Source: a virus. From it: 64,000 bases of DNA. A program made the translations under genes and the position numbers. Location of the stretch: positions 64,001 through 128,000 of the IMG/VR virus record IMGVR_UViG_3300013101_002049. One strand, 5' to 3'. Shown here one piece after another: positions 40,228 to 50,813 of this stretch; the stretch's first letter is position 1; each line of letters begins with the position of its first letter. The notes beneath the pieces were generated by a model, which saw nothing but the letters and a program-made list of their open reading frames with translations, ran no database searches and was not told the origin of the DNA.

Positions 40228-40617
40228 ATGACAGAGTTGATTAGTGATCGAAAATGTCCGTCTTGTGGTAATAATACTGGAGTGGTAATGCATTTTGAAG
40301 AAATTCCTTGTACTTGTGGTAGGTCAGTAAAAATGGAATATATAGTATGTGAATGTGGATATTCTTGGCGATCTGCTGATGATAAGTTCCTTGATGGCTG
40401 TATAATTAATGTAGAAAATGTGGAAGAATTGATTAATGAAGTAGAGGAATTTTTCGAAGATCAAGGCGTGTTTAATAATATGCAACAAGGTGGAAGTATG
40501 GAAGAGCTAATTCATAGATGTTTAAGATGCGGCGAAGTAGTCGTTCAAGTAAATCCTACAACATTTGAATGCCCTATATGCGGATTTTCTTGGGAAATGG
40601 GTGAGTTTAATGAATAA
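40228..40617 (+). CDS. Multi-zinc-ribbon hypothetical protein
   Basis: CPSC, CTC, CECGYSW, CLRC and CPICGFSW motifs. Confidence 0.65.
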   Translation: MTELISDRKCPSCGNNTGVVMHFEEIPCTCGRSVKMEYIVCECGYSWRSADDKFLDGCIINVENVEELINEVEEFFEDQGVFNNMQQGGSMEELIHRCLRCGEVVVQVNPTTFECPICGFSWEMGEFNE

Positions 40618-41101
40618 TATATTATCGTTTGATGTTTCTTCGGTAAAAACTGGGTGGTCTTTTATAAAAGAAGGCAAATTAAAAGAGTTTGGTTTGATTG
40701 TGCCACCGAAGAGTTTTGCTATTCAGGAAAAGTTATATTGGTTTAAGAACGAAGTTAAGGCATTATTTAAAATTTATTTTCCTGAATATGTAGTTATAGA
40801 AGAGACATATTTGAAAAATGTTAAAACTTTAAAAACATTAATGCAATTTATAGGGGTAATAAATTTGGAGTGCTTTTGTGAATTAGGAGAAGAGCCCACG
40901 TTTGTTAGTCCCCAAACTGTTCGTAGTTATTATGAGTTAAAAACTAAAGAAGAAGTATTTGATTACGTTAAAAACAAATACAAGGTTAAATTAAAAAATT
41001 ATACATTTGAAACGGGAAATGATATAACTGATTCAATTTTACAAGGTTTATATATAAATCAGGTGTTATTGGAAGTTCAAGAAGGAGATCAATATGAGTG
41101 A
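40610..41101 (+). CDS. ruvC: RuvC-like Holliday junction resolvase
   Basis: ILSFDVSSVKTGW, VVIEE and DITDS. The ATG at 40610 is in frame with the ORF track. Confidence 0.8.
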   Translation: MNNILSFDVSSVKTGWSFIKEGKLKEFGLIVPPKSFAIQEKLYWFKNEVKALFKIYFPEYVVIEETYLKNVKTLKTLMQFIGVINLECFCELGEEPTFVSPQTVRSYYELKTKEEVFDYVKNKYKVKLKNYTFETGNDITDSILQGLYINQVLLEVQEGDQYE

Positions 41102-42233
41102 AAATAAACAAATTTTTATGTCAGCAACACGTATGTCCACTTATCTGACTTGTAAGTGGAAATATTGGTGTGGTTATGTATTACACTTGCCTCGAAAGGA
41201 TAATGTTTCGTTTAAGTTAGGTATAGCGGTACATGAGTCTTTAGCTAAGGCAGGTGAGATTTGGAAGAAGAAAGAACAATTCACTGCGAGTGATATTAGA
41301 CGTATCAAAGATGAGTATAGGAAGATAGCTGCTCGAGAAGGTATCCAGAATATGTCAATTTATGATGATGGGTTAGAAATGGTTTTAAATCGGGTTGACT
41401 CATTTGACGCGGGTACTATAATAACTGTTGAGGATAGATTTAAAGTAACTACACCAGATGGAGTTATTATTATTGGTGCTATGGATAAAGTTTTAGAGTT
41501 AAATGACGAAAGTTTGTTGGTTGTGGATTATAAAACCTCTAAATACTTTTTGACTCCAGATGAGTTGAAAGCTGATATTCAGTTGTCTATTTATGATTTG
41601 GTGGCAAGTCTTAAATTTCCTGATTATAAGCGTATTATTTTGTCTTTGGATTATCTAAGAGGTGAACCAGTTTATACTTATAGAACTGTTAAAGAACGTA
41701 AAACATTTGCTAAATATTTATTGGCTGTTCATAATGAGATGCTAAAATTGGAAGAGAAGGACGCGAAACCTACCATCAATGATATGTGTAATTGGTGTGA
41801 TTTTAAGGATAGTTGCTCTGCTTATAAGGATTCAGTTGTAAAAAAAAGCATTTTCAAAAAAAATCTAAACGAGTACGACAACGACGAACTGGTAGCCGAG
41901 TATCTCGACGTAAAAAATAAAGCTCGCATCTTGTATGAATATGAAAAGCAACTAAAGACCCATATTATGCAGAAGATAAATGAAGAAGAAAGTGATTTAA
42001 TTGGTAGTGGAAAACTAATGTATATTAAGCAAAATGGTAAAGTAACGTATGATCCTGCTACTATTTCTAAGCATGTACCAAAAGCAGATTTTCTTAAAAT
42101 GGTAACAGTAGGAAAGAAATTTGTGGATGAGTATTTAAGAGCTCATCCTGAAGTAAGACCGTTGGTTATGGAAACAGCGAGGAAAAATTTTACATTACCA
42201 TTTTTGGCTTATCGAACACTGAAAAAGAAATAG
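41094..42233 (+). CDS. PD-(D/E)XK RecB/Cas4-like exonuclease
   Basis: SATRMSTYLTCKWKY, G.AVH, GAMDKV..VVDYKT, QLSIY, CNWCDFKDSC. Confidence 0.85.
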   Translation: MSENKQIFMSATRMSTYLTCKWKYWCGYVLHLPRKDNVSFKLGIAVHESLAKAGEIWKKKEQFTASDIRRIKDEYRKIAAREGIQNMSIYDDGLEMVLNRVDSFDAGTIITVEDRFKVTTPDGVIIIGAMDKVLELNDESLLVVDYKTSKYFLTPDELKADIQLSIYDLVASLKFPDYKRIILSLDYLRGEPVYTYRTVKERKTFAKYLLAVHNEMLKLEEKDAKPTINDMCNWCDFKDSCSAYKDSVVKKSIFKKNLNEYDNDELVAEYLDVKNKARILYEYEKQLKTHIMQKINEEESDLIGSGKLMYIKQNGKVTYDPATISKHVPKADFLKMVTVGKKFVDEYLRAHPEVRPLVMETARKNFTLPFLAYRTLKKK

Positions 42234-42243
42234 GAGGAGTATT

Positions 42244-44691
42244 ATGGATAAGGGAAAGAAAATTAGAGTTTTTGCGTATTGTGATTCACCAACTTGTGCT
42301 ACAGGATTTGGTACAGTTTCAAGGAATATATTCGAAGGTTTGTATAACACAGGTCGTTACGATATTGATGTGTTTGGAATTAATTATTGGGGTGATCCTC
42401 ATAATTTTCCGTATCGCATTTGGCCAGCAGGTACAAATAAAGATAGAGACCCTTATGGTAGGCAAAAAGCAGTAAGTATGATACCTCGTATGCAATTTGA
42501 TCTATTATTTTTGTTACAGGATTCATTTATTATGGATTTTTTGCCCGTTTTGTTGCCTCATATGAAGGAAAATAGCTCTAAATCTTTTAGATCAATACTA
42601 TATTTTCCGGTGGATTCTGTTTTGAAAGAGAAGTGGGGTAAAAATATTTCGGATGCTGACACTATCGTTGCTTATTCTGAATTTGGAAAGCAAGAAGCTT
42701 TGAAAGTTATGCCTAATCATGAGGATATGAAAGTTATACCGCATGGTGTTAATACTCGTGAATTTTATCCACTACCTAAGCATGAAGTTGAAGCTTTTCG
42801 TAAAGAATATTTTAAGTCAGAAGCAGATAAATTTATTATTACAAATCTTAATCGTAATCAACAACGTAAGGATGTTCCAAGAACTATTCAAGCTTTTAAA
42901 GAGTTTAGAAAACAAGTTCCTGAATCTATTTTGTATCTTCATATGGCTATGCAAGATCAGGGATGGGATTTACCTGAGATATGTAGACAGATTGGACTGG
43001 ATATTACTAAGGATGTTATTTTTCCGCAGAATTTTGGGCCTAATCAAGGTTATCCTCGTGAAATTGTTAATGCATTATATAATTCAAGTGACGTCATTGT
43101 AAGTACAACGCTTGGCGAAGGTTTTGGCCTTTGTTTAAGCCCCGATACTAATGTTTATACATCTAATGGTATTAAGACGATGGACGAATTAACAATAAAT
43201 GACGCTGTATTATCGTCTAATGGTGAATATAATAATATCGAAGCTATATTATCTAGGGACTACAACGATTATTTGTATGAAATAACTACTTGGTTAAGTA
43301 ATATACCTATAAAAGCATCGTCAGATCACGGTTTCCTAGTATACAATGATGAGTTTGTTTGGAAGAAAGCTTCACAATTAAAAATAGGTGATAAATTGCT
43401 TTTTCCGTGTAATTATGCGTATAAAAATGAGAATACTACTATTGATGTGCTAGATACTATTTATACATTTTTGAATAAAAGGCAAAAGGATAATATTGTA
43501 GTTAAAAATGGCCAGGTTCGTATACAATCGAATTTTAAACAAGAAGAAAATTTTATACCGAAATATATAAATATTGATAAAGATTTTTGTAAATTGATGG
43601 GTTTGTATTTGGCAGAAGGGTCTTTAAGTTCTGTTAAGATGGATTCTGTAACATTTTCTTTTAATAAAAATGAAAAGGAGTCTATCGAGTTTGTTATCGC
43701 TAAAATGAAAGACGTTTTTGGGCTAGATTTTTATGAACTCAAAGATAAACAGTTGAATTATAATGGATATTCTATAAGATTTTATTCTTCCGTAGTTGCA
43801 TATTTATTTTATGCATTATGTGGCAAAGGTGCTAGAACAAAGAAAATTTCAACTATATTATTAAATTTAGATAAGCCAATGTTAATTAAATTAGTAGAAG
43901 GTGTGTATATTGGTGATGGTAGTTATAGCGAGTCTCAATATGAAATATCTTTCTCTACAACTTCTAGAGATATAGCTTATAATTTACGTTTGATTTTGTC
44001 ACGTCTTGGTATATTATCATCTGTACGTACTTCTAGAGTAGAATATAAAGTGAATGTTAGTGGTGTGTCGCGAGAAAATTTGCAAAAACTATTTGGTATG
44101 AATGTTGTTAAGGTTGATAGAACAAGAGCAAATGAGCGGGCTTCTATAAGTGATGAGTATTTAATATTACCGGTAAAGAATATTGATAAAGTACATTATA
44201 AAGGAAAACTTATAGATATTCAAGTAGCAAATACTAATGATTTTGTTGCTGAAAATGTTATTGTTCATAATTCGTGGATTGAAGCCATGGCTACTAAAGT
44301 ACCAATTGTTATGCCAAATAATACAGCTATGTCGGAATTTATTACTGAGGACAGGGGGTATCTTGTTAATAGCGGCAGCAATCCAAGTTTATGGACAGTA
44401 ATTCCACATGATAATGAAGTTATGCGTCCATTAGTAGATGTTGATGATATGGTGAAAACTCTAGTTCATATTTATAATAATAGAGATGAAGCACGTACTA
44501 AAGCTGAAAATGCTTATAAATGGATTGTTAATGAGATGGATTGGCAGCGGGGTATTGTACCGCGATGGGTTGATGTTTTTGACGAAGCTTATGAATTGAT
44601 TCAGAGAGAGGATAAAGAGCATAGTGAGGATGTAGAAGCACTTGTTGACCAATTAGGTAAGAAAAAAATTATTGAGTCGGAGGAATTATAA
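42244..44691 (+). CDS. GT-B (GT4-like) glycosyltransferase containing an intein
   Basis: TGFGTV, IPHGV and NRNQQRKD motifs. GEGFGL|SWIEAMA (E-x7-E) is restored after splicing, giving a 435 aa extein. Confidence 0.9.
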   Translation: MDKGKKIRVFAYCDSPTCATGFGTVSRNIFEGLYNTGRYDIDVFGINYWGDPHNFPYRIWPAGTNKDRDPYGRQKAVSMIPRMQFDLLFLLQDSFIMDFLPVLLPHMKENSSKSFRSILYFPVDSVLKEKWGKNISDADTIVAYSEFGKQEALKVMPNHEDMKVIPHGVNTREFYPLPKHEVEAFRKEYFKSEADKFIITNLNRNQQRKDVPRTIQAFKEFRKQVPESILYLHMAMQDQGWDLPEICRQIGLDITKDVIFPQNFGPNQGYPREIVNALYNSSDVIVSTTLGEGFGLCLSPDTNVYTSNGIKTMDELTINDAVLSSNGEYNNIEAILSRDYNDYLYEITTWLSNIPIKASSDHGFLVYNDEFVWKKASQLKIGDKLLFPCNYAYKNENTTIDVLDTIYTFLNKRQKDNIVVKNGQVRIQSNFKQEENFIPKYINIDKDFCKLMGLYLAEGSLSSVKMDSVTFSFNKNEKESIEFVIAKMKDVFGLDFYELKDKQLNYNGYSIRFYSSVVAYLFYALCGKGARTKKISTILLNLDKPMLIKLVEGVYIGDGSYSESQYEISFSTTSRDIAYNLRLILSRLGILSSVRTSRVEYKVNVSGVSRENLQKLFGMNVVKVDRTRANERASISDEYLILPVKNIDKVHYKGKLIDIQVANTNDFVAENVIVHNSWIEAMATKVPIVMPNNTAMSEFITEDRGYLVNSGSNPSLWTVIPHDNEVMRPLVDVDDMVKTLVHIYNNRDEARTKAENAYKWIVNEMDWQRGIVPRWVDVFDEAYELIQREDKEHSEDVEALVDQLGKKKIIESEEL
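43132..44271 (+). mobile_element. Intein (380 aa) with a LAGLIDADG homing endonuclease
   Basis: Starts CLSPDT, has block B ASSDHGF and LAGLIDADG-like LMGLYLAEGS and EGVYIGDGS, and ends VIVHN followed by Ser. Confidence 0.93.
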
Positions 44692-45810
44692 ATGGAGATA
44701 CGGGGTATTAAATATGTAGGCCCTATATTTGATGTGTCTGGTTATGGGCAAGCAGCTAGAGGGTATGCTTTGTCATTACATAAATTGGGAATTCCTTTGA
44801 CTATTGATTCTGTATCTTTTGAAGAGGGGTTGGCTGATTTTGGAGAAACTAGTCGTATTTTAGCTCCTCTTGTAGATAAAAATATAGATTATAATATAGT
44901 AATTATCCATCTAACTGCTAATTTATTTTGTTCTAAGGCTGAACCTGGTAAAATGAATATAGGTTATTTTGTGTGGGAAACCGATAAAGTTCATGAGGAA
45001 TGGGTGGAAGAGGCCAATAAAAGTGTAAGTTTTGTGATGACTGCTTCTCAATGGGGAGCAGATATATTTAGAAAATCTGGTATAACTGTGCCGGTGGCTG
45101 CTATTCCTCATGGGATTGATGCTGATGAATTTGTTGATGTTGACCCATATACTGTTGCTGGTGTAAAACAGAATGCTTATAAATTTTATGGAATATTTCA
45201 ATTTACTGAACGTAAGCACCCGATGGCATTAATTAAATCATATTGGAGTGCTTTTCAAAATAATGAAAATGTAGCTCTTATTTTGAAAACGTATCGTAAT
45301 GGATTTGCGGATAGTGAAAAAGAGGCTATACGAGCAACAATAAAAAGATTAAAAAAAGTAACTAATATGCCTATATACCCACCTATATATTTAATATCTG
45401 AACGTTTGGATAGATCTGAACTATTAGGACTTCATAAAACATGTGATTGTTTGGTTCATTTGGATCGTGGGGAAGGTTTTGGTTTGGTGCCTTTTGAAGC
45501 TGGTGTATGCGGCAATCCTATATTAATTACTGGATGGGGCGGTGCACTAGAATATGCTAAGGAAGATAATAGTTATTTAGTTAATTATACTCTTACGCCA
45601 GTATTTGGCATGCCTTGGTCACCATGGTATTCTGGAAATCAGTTATGGGCTGAACCGGATTGTGGCCACGCGATTGAATTACTGCGTGAAATTTATAATA
45701 ATCAGGGTGAAGCACGTATCCGTGGTGAGAAACTGAAACAATATATTATTGATAATTTTAGTTGGGAAAATGTTGGTAGTAAAATAATAGAAACAATAAA
45801 GTCTTTGTAG
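44692..45810 (+). CDS. GT4-like glycosyltransferase
   Basis: SGYGQAAR, WETD, IPHG, ERK, RGEGFGLVPFEA. Confidence 0.88.
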   Translation: MEIRGIKYVGPIFDVSGYGQAARGYALSLHKLGIPLTIDSVSFEEGLADFGETSRILAPLVDKNIDYNIVIIHLTANLFCSKAEPGKMNIGYFVWETDKVHEEWVEEANKSVSFVMTASQWGADIFRKSGITVPVAAIPHGIDADEFVDVDPYTVAGVKQNAYKFYGIFQFTERKHPMALIKSYWSAFQNNENVALILKTYRNGFADSEKEAIRATIKRLKKVTNMPIYPPIYLISERLDRSELLGLHKTCDCLVHLDRGEGFGLVPFEAGVCGNPILITGWGGALEYAKEDNSYLVNYTLTPVFGMPWSPWYSGNQLWAEPDCGHAIELLREIYNNQGEARIRGEKLKQYIIDNFSWENVGSKIIETIKSL

Positions 45811-45820
45811 GAGATTAGAA

Positions 45821-46738
45821 ATGAATGTAATAATGAGACCAGTTTGGAATAGACCTGAGATGCTTTATTTATCAATGGAAGCTGAGCTGGAAGCTCGTAA
45901 GCACCATGAGTTTTCGAATGATTTACTAACAGTTTTTGTTTTGGATCATGGGTATAATGAAAAAGTATTAGAAATAGTTGAGAGTTATCCTGAGCCAAAA
46001 AAAATTATTAAAAGACAAAAGCGCTTAGGCTTAACCGTTAATATACTTGAAGGTATGAAAGAATCATTTACACATGCTGATGATTACATTATTTATATAG
46101 AAGATGATATGGTGGTGCACAAGACTTATTTTCAGTTTTTGGATGTACTTATGAATTTAGTAAAACCAGAAGAATATTCTGTGATTATAGGTCATAGTAA
46201 AGGTATTCAGAACAAAGGCCGCAAAAATTTTGATCCTCCTAATGTGGATTTAAATGTGGTGGTGAAAGACCATGTGTATGCAGCTTTCGCTAGTTTGATA
46301 AGAAAAGAATTTTTTAATAATTATATTTTACCTTGTATTGGACCGACGTATTATAAAAATTTTGGTACGAGAGATAAATTTGTCACTGCTTTGGGAACTA
46401 AATATCAACAAGATAAGCGATTTAAATATAAAGGTAAATCTATGCATGCTCATAATGAGCAAGCTGGTTTAATTAATCGTTTGGTTGATGTAGCATTAAT
46501 TGAAGAAGGTAAATGTACTTTAAGACCTGTTGCTACAAGAACTATACATATAGGAGTGTATGGAAAAAATCGACCTGGCAATATACCTGGGAAAGATTTT
46601 AACGAACGGCTATCATTACTTAGACATGCGGTAGAAAACAATAAGTTGTATGATTTAACTAGATCTAAACAATATGATGACTATGAAGGATTTTCGCCGA
46701 GATTAGATGAATGGGATGGGACTTTATATGTCAAATAG
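45821..46738 (+). CDS. GT-A fold glycosyltransferase
   Basis: PVWNRPEML, GLTVNILEG, IIYIEDD, HIG. Confidence 0.7.
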   Translation: MNVIMRPVWNRPEMLYLSMEAELEARKHHEFSNDLLTVFVLDHGYNEKVLEIVESYPEPKKIIKRQKRLGLTVNILEGMKESFTHADDYIIYIEDDMVVHKTYFQFLDVLMNLVKPEEYSVIIGHSKGIQNKGRKNFDPPNVDLNVVVKDHVYAAFASLIRKEFFNNYILPCIGPTYYKNFGTRDKFVTALGTKYQQDKRFKYKGKSMHAHNEQAGLINRLVDVALIEEGKCTLRPVATRTIHIGVYGKNRPGNIPGKDFNERLSLLRHAVENNKLYDLTRSKQYDDYEGFSPRLDEWDGTLYVK

Positions 46739-47600
46739 AATACTTTTTTGTACTGGTGAAGGCGTTGGAAATGTTATTCAAACTATACCTGTACTTCGTA
46801 CTTTAAGAGAATCACTAGGGGTTAAAATAGATTTTTGGTATGTTTATGGTACTTTTCAATTGCCTAAGATAATTCCATATGTTGATAAATGGATAGTTGG
46901 CAATCAGATTCGAAACATGGATATGAATAGATATGTTGGCGCTGTATCTACTAAATGGACAAGGAAGCATATTAAAAATTTACCTATTCCTATTCTAAAT
47001 AAGATTTCTGATTTAAGTATGGTAAGATCAGAAGTCGATTGTTATATGGATATTGCACGAAGTTTAAAAGTAAACGATGAGGATTTATTATGGTGGGGTA
47101 AATGTAATTATAATAGATCTGACGAATTTTATGATGTAGTGATACATAACGGTTATAATTTTAAAGGATCTTCTGATTGGAAGTTAAAAAGTTATCCAAG
47201 ATATAAAGAAGTGGTGAAATTATTATCTGGAGATGTATCTTTATGTTCAGTGGGCAGTAAAGGTGAACATATTAAAGGTACGATAGATAAAACCGGTTTG
47301 AATATTCTAGATAGTTTAGGCATAATTAAAAATGCTAAAGTATTTTTGGGTAATGATAGCGGATTATATCATTGTGCGAATGCATTAGATGTGCCAAATT
47401 TAGTGATATTTACTTATACGTCTACAGAAAAAAATTATGACAAAAGATTTCATAGAAAAGCTAAAATAATATGCAGGAAAGATTTAGAATGTAGATGGTG
47501 CCAATGTGAACCAAGATTTAAAACCTGTAAGACAAGAGAATGTAGAAATATAGAACCTAAATTGATAGTAGATGTTGTATTGGAGAAATTAAATGGATAA
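46728..47600 (+). CDS. GT9 (heptosyltransferase-like) glycosyltransferase
   Basis: GVGNVIQTIP and FLGNDSGLYHCANALDVP, with a C-terminal Cys cluster. The ATG at 46728 is the likelier start. Confidence 0.8.
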   Translation: MSNRILFCTGEGVGNVIQTIPVLRTLRESLGVKIDFWYVYGTFQLPKIIPYVDKWIVGNQIRNMDMNRYVGAVSTKWTRKHIKNLPIPILNKISDLSMVRSEVDCYMDIARSLKVNDEDLLWWGKCNYNRSDEFYDVVIHNGYNFKGSSDWKLKSYPRYKEVVKLLSGDVSLCSVGSKGEHIKGTIDKTGLNILDSLGIIKNAKVFLGNDSGLYHCANALDVPNLVIFTYTSTEKNYDKRFHRKAKIICRKDLECRWCQCEPRFKTCKTRECRNIEPKLIVDVVLEKLNG

Positions 47601-48273
47601 ATGTTTGGGTTTTGGTGGACTTGGTGATTGTTTTATAGTAGGATTAAAATTGATGGAATATCCTAATGAATATGTATATGTGCATATAGATAATTCTAAA
47701 TCAAGATTAACATCTTCTATGTATTTAATGGAACATTTAGGTATACCTGCTATTGGGAAGGTAGTAAAAAATATTAAACGGTGGTGGTATACAAACCATA
47801 ATCAATTTGATAAATGTTTTAATGTGTTTGCTAATGGGTATATTGATATACCAAAAAGGGATTACCATTGGGAACCTTGTAGAGATGAAGGATATAAAAA
47901 TCCATATAGAAAAGAATTAAAAACGAAAACAGATTTTATAGCAGTACAAATTAATTCTGGTGGGCAGAGAAGTTATAAATATAAGCCAATAATTGAATAT
48001 GTTTATGCAAATTATGATAGAAATAAAATACTATGGTTTGGCACTGATACAGAATTTCATGCTGAATATGGAACAAATTATTGTGGGAAAATAGATTTTA
48101 TTTCAGCGTTAGAAAAAATATCTGAATGTAAATATTTTGTTGGTTTTAATAGTGTGTTACTTTATTGGTCATTGTGGAATAAATTAGATTGTTTTTTATT
48201 TACAGATCATCAAGGTAAAGAGGATTTACGAATACATAAAGAGTGGAAAAAACATTTGGAGTTTGATATATGA
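47593..48273 (+). CDS. Divergent GT9-like glycosyltransferase
   Basis: GGLGDC and NYCGKIDF...YFVGFNS. Confidence 0.5.
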   Translation: MDKCLGFGGLGDCFIVGLKLMEYPNEYVYVHIDNSKSRLTSSMYLMEHLGIPAIGKVVKNIKRWWYTNHNQFDKCFNVFANGYIDIPKRDYHWEPCRDEGYKNPYRKELKTKTDFIAVQINSGGQRSYKYKPIIEYVYANYDRNKILWFGTDTEFHAEYGTNYCGKIDFISALEKISECKYFVGFNSVLLYWSLWNKLDCFLFTDHQGKEDLRIHKEWKKHLEFDI

Positions 48274-48905
48274 AAATTCTTATAATAGGCTTTCAACGAG
48301 GTGGTACTACATTACTTAGGCGATTGATGCATAATCATCCGGATGTACAATGTATGATTCATGAGAAGCGCATTTTAAATCGTAAAGATAATGGGGAATC
48401 GTTATTAAATGATTTAGACATAGATAAAACTGGAAATTGGGGTGAGAAAGTACCGTGGAATTCTTCAGATGGATCTGAAATAATAATTTATGGTAAGAAA
48501 TGGTTAGAAGAATTCGGGGATGAAGCCAGGATAGTTCATATAGTAAGACATCCGGTTGATAGTGGGTTGTCAAATCAAAGACTTGGTTGGATGCAACTAA
48601 ACAGAGCTGTGGATAATGCTCAAAAATCTATACCTTTAGTAATAAACGCTTTTAAAAATGATAATAGATATTTGGCTATTGCTTTTGAAGATTTAGTTAC
48701 TAATCCAGAAAAAGTATTGAAAAAAATATTTAAGTTTTGCGTACTTAATGATGACGGGGCTTCCAGAGATATAAGTAATTTAAAAAAGAAAGATTTAAGA
48801 TACTATGATGGTATAAAAGCTAGTAAAGCATATGAATATAAAAAGGTAGATAATTTGAATTGTAAAATACCTGATTATAGTAAAATACTGGAGTTAATAA
48901 AATGA
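48270..48905 (+). CDS. Sulfotransferase family protein
   Basis: PAPS-binding loop IIGFQRGGTTLL..HPDV, WGEK.P, IVRHP.D, FEDLVTNP. Confidence 0.85.
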   Translation: MKILIIGFQRGGTTLLRRLMHNHPDVQCMIHEKRILNRKDNGESLLNDLDIDKTGNWGEKVPWNSSDGSEIIIYGKKWLEEFGDEARIVHIVRHPVDSGLSNQRLGWMQLNRAVDNAQKSIPLVINAFKNDNRYLAIAFEDLVTNPEKVLKKIFKFCVLNDDGASRDISNLKKKDLRYYDGIKASKAYEYKKVDNLNCKIPDYSKILELIK

Positions 48906-49879
48906 AGTATTTAATGTTGCGTGGCCAGGTACCAATTGATCGTGATCCAAAAGAGATAGTATTTGAATATTTAGAAGACATTGATGATGTTTGGACACAA
49001 TTATTTTATGCTATATTAGATAAGGATGATGAAGGTGAATTATGGTATTGGGGTGGTACACGAGAAAAAAAATTTACAGCGAATTTTGTAGAGCGCTGGG
49101 TACCAAATTATGACCAATACAAGACGAGTTTTATTCCTGATGTAATATTTTGTCGTGGGGGATTTCCAGAATATCATGTAGTTCTTCGAAGATTTCCTAA
49201 CTCTATAAAGATTTATTATGGGGCTGGTAGAAGATTTTTACCCCAACCCGGTTTTTATGATTATGATATCATTTTGCAAGATTCACCAGAACAAGTACTG
49301 GAATGTCGAGAAAAATTTCCTAAAGCATTGACTACATTATTTATTAAGCCAGCGGCTGATAATATATTTTATCCGATGCCTCATATTAAAAAAGAATATG
49401 ATATTTGTTTTCCTGCTAATGCGGCTCAAACTTTTAAAGGTCATAAATTTGTGTATGACACTGTGCCAAGTGATATGACATTGTTAAATCTTGGTAATCG
49501 AAATGATAGATATAAGTACCCAGCCAATGTTACTTCTTATAGAGTGTTAAGACCCAAAATGGCTGAAAATATAGCTAAATGTAAAGTGGGTATAGTAGCA
49601 GTTCAAAGTGAAATAGATTCATGCCCTAGAGTAATTCCAGAAATGTTAGCATGCGGCATTCCTATTGTCGCACTTGATAGAGTCCGGTTTTGGCGAGATA
49701 AATATATAGTCACTAGTGTTACTGGTGAATTAACTACGTTGAATAAATTCTGGATAAAAGTAAGATTTGTACTTGATAATTTAGAAGAGTATGTACCGAG
49801 AAAATATTATGAAAATAATTTATCACTTGACTATGCTGCTAGATTTATAAAGGAGAAGATAAATGAAGTTAGCATTTAA
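48902..49879 (+). CDS. GT-B glycosyltransferase
   Basis: KGH and DSCPRVIPEMLACGIPIV. Confidence 0.75.
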   Translation: MKYLMLRGQVPIDRDPKEIVFEYLEDIDDVWTQLFYAILDKDDEGELWYWGGTREKKFTANFVERWVPNYDQYKTSFIPDVIFCRGGFPEYHVVLRRFPNSIKIYYGAGRRFLPQPGFYDYDIILQDSPEQVLECREKFPKALTTLFIKPAADNIFYPMPHIKKEYDICFPANAAQTFKGHKFVYDTVPSDMTLLNLGNRNDRYKYPANVTSYRVLRPKMAENIAKCKVGIVAVQSEIDSCPRVIPEMLACGIPIVALDRVRFWRDKYIVTSVTGELTTLNKFWIKVRFVLDNLEEYVPRKYYENNLSLDYAARFIKEKINEVSI

Positions 49880-50813
49880 CGGATTAAATAGCGGATTAGG
49901 TAATAATGGTGGATCAAGAACAATTATTAAATGTTGTGAAGTTTTAAATAGTTTGGGACATAGTTGTGATATAATTGCTAATGTAGATAATTTTTCATGG
50001 TTTGATCATAAACCAGTTATAAATTATTTACCAACCAATTTGGATGCCATTATTTCAATAGCTGCTGTAGATGTACCACTTACTTTAAGAATAGCAGTCC
50101 CAGTTAAAGCTTGGTATATTAGAGGACATGAATCATGGGCTAATCCAGAGCATCTTTTGGTGGATTATTATAAAAATGAAAATATTTTGAATGTAGTAAA
50201 TTCAAATGGACTTAAACAATTATTGTCTACGTGGGGCGCTGATTCCTATGTCATTTATCAAGGCATTGATTTTGATTGGTGGGAAGATAGAAAGTTACGT
50301 AAGGATGGTATAATACGTATAGGATGTTTATACGGATCAAAACTTACTAAACGTTGGCAAGATTTTGTTAAACTTCATAGCATACTTGGTGATGAAAAAT
50401 ATGAATACGTATCTATTGGAGACGTTAAACCTAAATCGAATTTTATAAAAAAATCATGGGCTAATATAAATCATGATGAACTTTGTAATGTTTATAGTTC
50501 TTGTGATATATGGTTTGCACCTACTGAACTAGAAGGTCTTCATAATGTTCCTATTGAGGCTGCTCTATGTGGATGTTTGATAGTGTGTGGTGATGAGCCT
50601 ATGAATGGGATGATATATGATTATGCTTTTCCTAATAATACCGCAATGGTTTATGACAGGAAAGACATTAAGCATGCTGCTGAACTTATTAAAAATCCTA
50701 ATTGGGAATTAATTGGTAGAATGCAAAAACATATTAAAGAAAATATAGGATCACGCGAGACTAATATAAAGAAACTTGTGAAGTTATTGGAGATGACTGA
50801 TGAAACTATATAA
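49863..50813 (+). CDS. GT4-like glycosyltransferase
   Basis: NGGSRTI and VYSSCDIW..EGLHNVPIEAALCGC. Confidence 0.8.
   Translation: MKLAFNGLNSGLGNNGGSRTIIKCCEVLNSLGHSCDIIANVDNFSWFDHKPVINYLPTNLDAIISIAAVDVPLTLRIAVPVKAWYIRGHESWANPEHLLVDYYKNENILNVVNSNGLKQLLSTWGADSYVIYQGIDFDWWEDRKLRKDGIIRIGCLYGSKLTKRWQDFVKLHSILGDEKYEYVSIGDVKPKSNFIKKSWANINHDELCNVYSSCDIWFAPTELEGLHNVPIEAALCGCLIVCGDEPMNGMIYDYAFPNNTAMVYDRKDIKHAAELIKNPNWELIGRMQKHIKENIGSRETNIKKLVKLLEMTDETI

Noticed and set aside
41094-42233. Cas4-like gene as evidence of a CRISPR-Cas system
   Set aside because: I saw no repeat-spacer array or other cas genes. Stand-alone Cas4/RecB-like nucleases are common in phage replication modules.
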